This document shows, piece after piece, positions 57,198 to 64,000 of a DNA stretch of 64,000 nucleotides (within the stretch, counting starts at the first letter, position 1; each line of letters starts with the position of its first letter). Both the position numbers and the translations under genes were made by a program. Below the pieces are notes generated by a model. The model saw only the letters and a program-made list of their open reading frames with translations. It ran no database searches and had not been told where the DNA came from. The stretch spans positions 133,404-197,403 of IMG/VR virus record IMGVR_UViG_3300001199_000001. One strand, written 5' to 3'. The stretch is from a virus. Its lineage: Duplodnaviria; Heunggongvirae; Uroviricota; Caudoviricetes.

Positions 57198-58565
57198 ATG
57201 GCCGCTTCGCCGCCCGGATGTGTGGAATTCCTGAAGGAATACAATCTTGCGAACGATCAGTTCGCTAAGGAAATTCTGAAGAACAACAACGAAGTCGTTC
57301 TCGGAAAGAGGGCGGCGACTCTTCGCGTTAAGATCGATGAGCCGACGTGGACGGCAAAGGCGGTCACTATCGCTTTTCACAAAGTCATGACGCTTCAAGA
57401 GCTACGGACCCTCATCGAGGAACGCTTTGGCGCCGTGAGACTCAAATCCGACGAACCGCTTCATCAGTCGTTTTATCGCTCGACCTATAAAAGCGATATC
57501 TTGAAGCGTATCGCAGACGGTAAGGCGGCTCACAAACGCATCTCGGGCTATCAATCTATGATTCGGCAAGCCAATCGCTTCGTCCTAACGAACGACACGC
57601 TTGAAGAAGTCTATCACTTGTCTCATCAGGTAGATAAACTCTACGACCGCTCTGCACTGGCGCGTATTCCCTTCGATACGGTCTTTATCGAGTACGACGG
57701 ACACCACAAGGTCCGCGTCGGTCGAGAGCACGGCACCGTAATCAAGGACATGGACTACGACGACTACACGGACATTCCGCGTAAATCCGGTTTTTTACTT
57801 AAGCAACTTTATCCGGACCGCCCTGATGCATGGGTGGCCTTCACGGTGCATTCCGATCAGGTCGTTGGCGGCCTGACGCCGCTGGGGTTCTTGTTTGACG
57901 CCCAGTCAACGGAAGTCATGCAAGAAAGGCTTGGATGGAAGAATATCACCCAGACCTATCTCAAGAAACTTCCCGCCTTCATGAATGAAGATGCCCATGA
58001 TGCCTTACAAGAATATAGCTGGGGTGTCTTTGGTCCGAAAGAAACAAAACCACCTGGGTGGGACGCCTTGACTAAAATGAGCGCCTACATCGAAGAGCCA
58101 TTATGGGCGCTTCATTTCGAAAAATACTCATCTCGCACTGAGATTGAATCACAAGCCAAAGTGCTCGCTGATGTAATGCGCGAACACGCTGGCGACCTTC
58201 GTTTTCTCGTCAGCCTACTCGCCGTTATGAACGAAGTGCCGATTATCCTGAACCCAGTCGAGTCGCGGGGATCATTCATGGCTGGCGGCAAGATGCAGCC
58301 GTTCTTTAGCCACCGGACAGTCGGCATTGATCTCCCCGCGCGTTATCGTAAACAGCGTCGGACGAAGATCGCCAAGCTCATCGCCGCTGCGGTCAAGTCA
58401 CGCAAACGCCGCCATCAGGTGCGCGGCCACATGCGGCGCTACTACGATAAAAACAAGACGCTGAAGAAAGAAGTCTGGATCAATTCGCATGCGCGCGGCG
58501 ACGCCACACTGGGGTGGGTGCACCAGGATTGGGAGGTCAGATCAAAGCATGTTCCTTCGCATTAG
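57198..58565 (+). CDS. Phage hypothetical protein with basic RRH.VRGH.R C-terminal motif
   Basis: 455-aa ORF; RRHQVRGHMRRY..VWINSHARGD. Confidence 0.8.
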   Translation: MAASPPGCVEFLKEYNLANDQFAKEILKNNNEVVLGKRAATLRVKIDEPTWTAKAVTIAFHKVMTLQELRTLIEERFGAVRLKSDEPLHQSFYRSTYKSDILKRIADGKAAHKRISGYQSMIRQANRFVLTNDTLEEVYHLSHQVDKLYDRSALARIPFDTVFIEYDGHHKVRVGREHGTVIKDMDYDDYTDIPRKSGFLLKQLYPDRPDAWVAFTVHSDQVVGGLTPLGFLFDAQSTEVMQERLGWKNITQTYLKKLPAFMNEDAHDALQEYSWGVFGPKETKPPGWDALTKMSAYIEEPLWALHFEKYSSRTEIESQAKVLADVMREHAGDLRFLVSLLAVMNEVPIILNPVESRGSFMAGGKMQPFFSHRTVGIDLPARYRKQRRTKIAKLIAAAVKSRKRRHQVRGHMRRYYDKNKTLKKEVWINSHARGDATLGWVHQDWEVRSKHVPSH

Positions 58566-58940
58566 CAATATCCTGATGCTGCTGATCCTCCTAGCCATAC
58601 TCTGGTGAGAATGTGTTGACAAATGACATGAAATCCTTCATACTGAACACATGGAGGCATTTCATGACTCGGTTCGACCTGATCCACGTTGATCTTCTTG
58701 ACACCCTGCGCATGCGCGGGCGGTTCGGCCCTGTCTCCAAAACTCAATATATCGCCGAACAGCCTGCCCTTGCAGCCGCCGAGCGTCGCGTTGGCGAGTT
58801 GTTGGCTCACGGTTTTGTTGCGCAAAAAGATCATCTACTGCTCGTGACCGACAAGGGCATGACCGCCCTGGACGCGGCGCGGCGCGCGTCCATGAACAAA
58901 CCGCGCCGTACTTTTCTGGCAGAAGGGATCAAGCTGCTAA

Positions 58941-59471
58941 ATGTTGGCTGAACTTTTTACGGACGAGGACGCCCCCGACCGGTTCGAATATCATCGTGAG
59001 ATGAACGAACAGATCGGGGGCAGGCCTGCCGACGCCATTGTCATCGAAGGATATGCCGTCGAATGGGGCGTCCTCGATGAAGAGAAAGAGATCATCTATC
59101 GCGGCGCGTTCGCCCAAAGCCTTAAGCTAAGCAAAGGCGCTTATGGCGTCCTCATGCATTATCAACACCTTGAGCGCCATCCTATCGGCCGCTGGTCGAA
59201 GATCGTCGAGGATGACCACGGGCTGTTTTGTCGCGGAGCTATCTATCCGCGTCTGTGTCCGCTGGGTCTTGTCCATGAAGTCCTCAAGAAGCATGACCCG
59301 ATCCGGGGCCTATCTCCAGGGTTCTTTTACCGCAACAGCACCAAAGGCATCTACACGACCTTCACTCGACGCCTGATACGTCGCGAGGTTCGAGGCGCGT
59401 GGCTGATGGAAGTTTCAGTCGGACGCGGCCCTGTGCAGCCCTCGGCGGCGTTCACCATCGTAAATCGTTGA
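58941..59471 (+). CDS. HK97-type prohead protease-like protein
   Basis: IEGYA..EIIYRGAFAQSL..YQH..PIGRW..EDDHGLF..GLSPGF..LMEVSV. Confidence 0.8.
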   Translation: MLAELFTDEDAPDRFEYHREMNEQIGGRPADAIVIEGYAVEWGVLDEEKEIIYRGAFAQSLKLSKGAYGVLMHYQHLERHPIGRWSKIVEDDHGLFCRGAIYPRLCPLGLVHEVLKKHDPIRGLSPGFFYRNSTKGIYTTFTRRLIRREVRGAWLMEVSVGRGPVQPSAAFTIVNR

Positions 59472-60025
59472 CCACTGAATTTCAGTCGTGCTACCTTGTC
59501 ATCAAATCAGGGGACGGCAATATGAAATTCCTCACGTTCACCAGTAACGATTTCACGGCAAACGATCCATCCTTATACGTCCCAGCCAGCCAGATCAGCG
59601 CTGTTGCGACGGGGTTTTCGGACGAAAGCGCTGTCTTGCTGGGCATGTTCTCTATGCCCGGCAACGCCGCCATGCATTACGTTGTGCGGGGCTCTCAGCA
59701 ACAGGTCGCGGCTGAAGTCTCGCGTGGGCTGGGATATCCCCTTATCGGTATCCATACCGACAGCGATGATGATCAACTGGGTATATGCCTGCTGTTCGTC
59801 AATCCTAGCTTTATCACCGCTATCCTCCCTGCCGCAAACGAGGAGCGGTCGCTTTTATCGGTTATGATGGCCCCGCCTTCCGGTAACATGCATGCTACCT
59901 CCATACACAGCCGTGTCGATATGCTGGCCCTAATCAGCGGGTGGCAAGACAACAAAAACTTCGGGGTTGGTTATGTCGCCCTAGAGAACGGCGCCATCGT
60001 CGCCAAGCCCTTCAAGGAGAATTAG

Positions 60026-60577
60026 ATGTTCTGGAATCTATTCAATTTCTTGCGCGGTCGACGCAAACCGGATTTGAAAGTCGTGAACGTTAAGGCGCTC
60101 GAACGCGACACACCGTTCTGCAATGTTGATGTCATCATGCCGGTGGTCACCCTTACGCCGACTGTCGAGATCGAGGCGGCGCTGCCGTCAAAGCCGGTTC
60201 GCAAAGCGAAGCCAAAAGAAACAACCCCACGGGCCACAAAGACAGCCGCAAAGAAGCCCGCCGCGCGTAAAAAGGCGGACACCACAGATGAGGATGTGAA
60301 CTTGGTGACATCCAACTTCGGCGCCATTCCAGGCTGGCTTGATCCTACACCCTCGTCCCCTGTAGCTTCCGAGCCCTCTGCGTCTGTCGAAGAGCCCTTC
60401 AGCGGTGGTGGTGGTAGCACTGGCGGCGGCGGCGCCACGGCTAGCTGGGGCGATTCATCGCCGTCGAATTCAAGTGATTACAGTTCATCCTACGATAGCG
60501 GTTCCAGCAGTTCATCGTCCTATGACAGCGGTAGTTCGTCTGATAACAGCGGTGGTGGTGGTGGAGGGGGCGACTGA
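60026..60577 (+). CDS. Hypothetical protein with Ser/Gly low-complexity tail
   Basis: RBS AAGGAG; FSGGGGSTGGGGATASW..SSSYDSGSSS. Confidence 0.7.
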   Translation: MFWNLFNFLRGRRKPDLKVVNVKALERDTPFCNVDVIMPVVTLTPTVEIEAALPSKPVRKAKPKETTPRATKTAAKKPAARKKADTTDEDVNLVTSNFGAIPGWLDPTPSSPVASEPSASVEEPFSGGGGSTGGGGATASWGDSSPSNSSDYSSSYDSGSSSSSSYDSGSSSDNSGGGGGGGD

Positions 60578-60780
60578 TGCGTTGTTCCGACTGCAACCAT
60601 CTCTGTACCTCGGTCGTGGTGTATGAATCGAAGTCCGCCGGTCTTTGCGGTGGGCGGCGTTCAGCGCGTTTCAACAAGGAGGTAACCGCTGTCGATGGTT
60701 GCGGCGTTTTCATGTTGCGCCCGGCTCCGAAGACGAACCGTGTACTCGCTAACTCTTCAGCCTCCTACTAGGCCGAAAGA

Positions 60781-61221
60781 ATGAAGGGCGGGACCACCGG
60801 GACCCAAGAAGGCGCGACCCGTCTCCAGCTTCAACGGCTGGACGGTTATCTTAGCTCGGGTCTTTTCACCGAATGGCACCACGGTGATTGCATCGGCGCC
60901 GATGAGGAAACTGATGGGATCGCGGAAAAGTACGGTATCCGGCGTGTTGCACATCCGCCGACCAACAGCAGCAAGCGCGCCTTTTGTAAGGCTGAACTTA
61001 TCCTTCCACCGCGTCCTTATCTTGACCGTAACGAAGACATTGTCGACGCAGTCGACATCATGTTCGGACTGCCGAAGGGTATGGCTGAGGAAATCCGTTC
61101 CGGGACGTGGGCGACGATCCGCTACGCCAAGAAGTGGCGCAAGCAGTTAGTCATTCTCTGGCCCGACGGTACGGAGACTCGCTTGTTTATAGACAAGGGC
61201 GTTGTGGAGCTTGAGTCATGA
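60781..61221 (+). CDS. SLOG/DprA-like Rossmann-fold protein
   Basis: HHGDCIGAD, YLDRNEDIV and RSGTWATIRYA. Confidence 0.7.
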   Translation: MKGGTTGTQEGATRLQLQRLDGYLSSGLFTEWHHGDCIGADEETDGIAEKYGIRRVAHPPTNSSKRAFCKAELILPPRPYLDRNEDIVDAVDIMFGLPKGMAEEIRSGTWATIRYAKKWRKQLVILWPDGTETRLFIDKGVVELES

Positions 61222-61505
61222 TCCGCGTCGTTCATTGCCGCCGTGAGCCTTACGACCTTTACATAGGTCGGGCTAATCCCTCGATTGGCGAGTACGAGGA
61301 TAGTGAATGGGCGAATAAATTCATTGTCGGCGTGCATGGAACGCGCGCCGAAGTGATTGAGAAATATGAAGCCTATCTCACCACTCAGCCTGATCTGATG
61401 GCTAAGCTGCATACGCTTGAAGGGCTGGTCCTGGGATGTTGGTGTAAGCCGAAGGCCTGCCATGGCGATGTCATTAAGAAGTTCGTCGAGTCCCTGAATG
61501 CCTAA
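61218..61505 (+). CDS. DUF4326 family protein
   Basis: YIGR..WANKF..LEGLVLGCWCKPKACHGDV. Confidence 0.88.
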   Translation: MIRVVHCRREPYDLYIGRANPSIGEYEDSEWANKFIVGVHGTRAEVIEKYEAYLTTQPDLMAKLHTLEGLVLGCWCKPKACHGDVIKKFVESLNA

Positions 61506-62208
61506 GCTTCTTATTTTCACCGGAGCCGGTATCTCCGCCGAAAGTGGCCTGTCCACCTTTCGGGGTGATGATGGACTGTGGGAGGGGCATGAGATTGACC
61601 GGGTCTGTAATTATCGCACGTGGAAGCAGAATTTCGATGAGGTTCACGGCTTCTACAACATGCTTCGAGGCAAGCTGGAACACGCGCAGCCGAACTCGGC
61701 GCACTTCAAGGTCGCTGAATGGCAGCGGCACTACGAGACGATCCTGCTAACCCAGAACTGCGACGATCTTTTAGAGCGAGCCGGGTGCACCAATGTCGTG
61801 CACCTACATGGCGACCTCTGTTCCGTTCGTTGCGAGGCATGTGGAGCCGTCAGTCAAATAGGCTATCGCGAGTGGTCGCCTGAGGATCGTTGTCCCTGCT
61901 GCAATTCCCTTAAGGGGGTGAAGCCGAACGTAGTGTTCTTCAACGAACAGGCTCCGCTTTACGCCGACTTGCATAAGCACCTCCGCAATTTGGAGGAGCA
62001 TGATCTCGTCGTTGTGATCGGCACGAGCAGCCAAGTCGTGCCGATTGGTCTCTATCTTGAACGGCGTCCGGGATTCAAAATCCTCAACAACCTCGAACCG
62101 TCCTCGGACCCTGAAATTCAGCAGATTGACGAGATCGCCTACAACGTTCGGTACTATAAGCCTGCGACCCAGGCCGTAGATGAAATCGATGAGCTTCTAA
62201 GGGGTTGA
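61498..62208 (+). CDS. Sir2/CobB-family NAD-dependent deacylase
   Basis: TGAGISAESGLSTFR, TQNCD, HLHG, CxxC..CxxC, KPNVVFF and IGTS. Confidence 0.93.
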   Translation: MPKLLIFTGAGISAESGLSTFRGDDGLWEGHEIDRVCNYRTWKQNFDEVHGFYNMLRGKLEHAQPNSAHFKVAEWQRHYETILLTQNCDDLLERAGCTNVVHLHGDLCSVRCEACGAVSQIGYREWSPEDRCPCCNSLKGVKPNVVFFNEQAPLYADLHKHLRNLEEHDLVVVIGTSSQVVPIGLYLERRPGFKILNNLEPSSDPEIQQIDEIAYNVRYYKPATQAVDEIDELLRG

Positions 62209-62209
62209 C

Positions 62210-62695
62210 ATGATCGTCTATAATCCGCCCATCTACCCCAACATCGACGGCGGTGAGCCTGCATTGTTTCTAGCGGGGTCCATTGATATGGGATCAGCCG
62301 TAGACTGGCAGAAAGAGGTTATCGACGCCCTCAGCGATCTTAAAGGGACGATCTACAATCCACGTCGCGATGATTGGGACCCCTCGTGGGACCAGGATAT
62401 TTCAAATGAGCCGTTCCGCAAGCAAGTTGAGTGGGAATTGGACCATCTCCAATGGGCCAGTATCATCTGCTTCTACTTTGATCCTAATGGACCGGCTCCC
62501 ATCACGCTCCTCGAACTGGGACTTTCCGCCAAGGCTTCTTACTTCGGTACACACGTCGTCGTATGCTGTCCTAAGGGGTACTGGCGCAGGGGTAATGTCG
62601 CCATAGTTTGTCAGCGCCACGGCATCGATTTTGTCGAGACTCTTGATGAGATGATCGCTAACATTCGAGGCTATGTCCTTGATGTGTGGCCATGA
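62210..62695 (+). CDS. Nucleoside 2-deoxyribosyltransferase-like protein
   Basis: FLAGSI..WQ..NPRRDDWD..QVEWELDHL..PITLLELG. Confidence 0.85.
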   Translation: MIVYNPPIYPNIDGGEPALFLAGSIDMGSAVDWQKEVIDALSDLKGTIYNPRRDDWDPSWDQDISNEPFRKQVEWELDHLQWASIICFYFDPNGPAPITLLELGLSAKASYFGTHVVVCCPKGYWRRGNVAIVCQRHGIDFVETLDEMIANIRGYVLDVWP

Positions 62696-62892
62696 CTGAC
62701 ACCTTCGTCTGGCGTCTGGTGAAAGACGCCCCTGAATATGAAAATCCCTACGATTTCAGGGATTATCACGTTCTCATACAGGATCGGCCTCATGGCTATC
62801 ATTGGGCTCGCGTCGAGCAGCGCTCCGACCGGCCTTATCTTGAGCCGGAAGAAGGCCCGTCTCCATGGCCTTGAATCCAGTCGGATAGCATG

Positions 62893-63162
62893 TTAATTTT
62901 TGGTCGAAAGATCGATGCTGCGTATCCGGCGCATGATCCTGACGACCTCTCGCCTGTCGACCTCGATAGCGCCGTACTGAAGCGCAAGCTTACGCCGGGT
63001 CAGCGACACGTCGTAGTGCGGAAAGCTTGTCGGTTGAAACCATTCCCTCTTCATGCCGATCTTAGCTGCCATAGCGTGAAGCTCGTCGAGCGTGTCAGCC
63101 AACATATGACACATGACCATTCGGCCTAGCGGGTTGCGGGCCTGATCGACGTAGACGGCCAC
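62893..63162 (-). CDS. DUF4031 family protein
   Basis: [29 protein letters not shown]. Confidence 0.88.
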   Translation of the reverse strand: MAVYVDQARNPLGRMVMCHMLADTLDELHAMAAKIGMKREWFQPTSFPHYDVSLTRRKLALQYGAIEVDRREVVRIMRRIRSIDLSTKN

Positions 63163-63416
63163 TATTCGACCCAGGTCGCTGACGAAAGCCGCCCCGCCCC
63201 GATAACACCTAGATAGGATACGGTGATGGAGTGGATCGGCGCATCGATCTCTCTGCGCCAGTACGAGAGGAAGCGTTTGATCTTCGGAAAGCCGGGCGGG
63301 ATGTCGTCGGCCTGCCAGAGGAATTCCTGAAGCAGTGACGGATGATCGGGTAGCCGATAGATCAGTTGCAAGGTTGTAAGGCGAGCGCCTTCGCGAAACT
63401 GAGAAGCGAAACGCAT
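63162..63416 (-). CDS. usg: Usg family protein
   Basis: [47 protein letters not shown]. Confidence 0.85.
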   Translation of the reverse strand: MRFASQFREGARLTTLQLIYRLPDHPSLLQEFLWQADDIPPGFPKIKRFLSYWRREIDAPIHSITVSYLGVIGAGRLSSATWVE

Positions 63417-63474
63417 GCTACACCTTCGTACAATTGACCAGAAGGTCAACAGCTTACAACACAACTCCGATTTG

Positions 63475-63972
63475 TCAAGAATTAGACGGTCGTTGGAAAA
63501 TGCCGCGCGAAAGCTGCGCCGCGTCTAGTTCAAGCACCTCGCCCATGGCGTAATAGAACGACAAGGGTGCTAATTCGTGCGTATCCCAATCTCCGTTGAT
63601 GAACAGGTCGATCAGGCGTTCAGGCAGCCCTGCCTCGAACATGGTTTTGACGTTGTCGCGAGCGTTGATGATATCGGTATCGCTCTTCCCAACCTTTCTT
63701 AGGCTCCGAGCCTCCACGCCATCTTCGAGGTCATAGGGTGTTTCAACGATCTCGCTGAGGAGTTCGAAATATCGAGTCTTGGCGCGCTTGAACCGGCGGA
63801 CGAATTCTTCCATGGCTTCAGTCATGATCGGACTTAACGCGATCTCTGCGGGAGAAATTTTACGCCAGTGGAGCGCGTAATAATACGCCGTGCCGATCCT
63901 ACCGAAGAGGTCTTCAAGCTCGGCCTCGATATCCGGTAGAAACCCCCAGGTGGCGGTAAAATTCAAGGCCAT
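63475..63972 (-). CDS. Hypothetical protein
   Basis: 165-aa ORF. Confidence 0.65.
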   Translation of the reverse strand: MALNFTATWGFLPDIEAELEDLFGRIGTAYYYALHWRKISPAEIALSPIMTEAMEEFVRRFKRAKTRYFELLSEIVETPYDLEDGVEARSLRKVGKSDTDIINARDNVKTMFEAGLPERLIDLFINGDWDTHELAPLSFYYAMGEVLELDAAQLSRGIFQRPSNS

Positions 63973-64000
63973 GTTGCGCCCTGTTAGAGGGAGCGCCGCT

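Noticed and set aside
60400-60577. Tandem-like repeats
   Set aside because: Coding low-complexity Ser/Gly tail only

Overview
This 64-kb window is a segment of a large tailed-phage genome, covering its replication, metabolism and accessory half. No capsid or tail genes, rRNA or CRISPR array are seen. GcrA, a permuted two-piece tmRNA, DUF4170, Usg and a Caulobacter-like uL11 point to an alphaproteobacterial, probably Caulobacteraceae, host (inference). From left to right it carries: a CCA-adding enzyme (partial, missing from the ORF track); an XRE regulator; nucleotide metabolism genes (dut, glutaredoxin, nrdB, intein-containing nrdA, thyX, dNMP kinase); replication genes (SF1 helicase, SSB, Cas4-like and DEDD nucleases, T7-like family A polymerase, later an SNF2 helicase and a primase-helicase-like protein); two DNA methyltransferases and HNH nucleases; a ~3.5-kb non-coding RNA island; a PrkA/YeaG-YeaH-SpoVR set; RtcB; GcrA; an rplK-rplA operon with its L1 leader; a tyrosine recombinase; an NAD salvage operon; and a Sir2/NDT/SLOG cluster. 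The strongest candidates for new biology are four. (1) A complete deamidating NAD recycling operon (nadM-Nudix, pncB, pncA, nadE) under an NrtR-box-like operator, which differs from the described phage NARP1/NARP2 routes. (2) The RNA island: a GOLLD-like ~850-nt RNA with an embedded tRNA, an abutting tRNA mimic with a giant anticodon arm, a tmRNA, tRNA-fMet and three further structured RNA candidates. (3) Phage-borne uL11+uL1. (4) A C5 methyltransferase whose missing motif IX lies in an overlapping reading frame. All family calls come from reading motifs by eye; no searches or folding computations were run.
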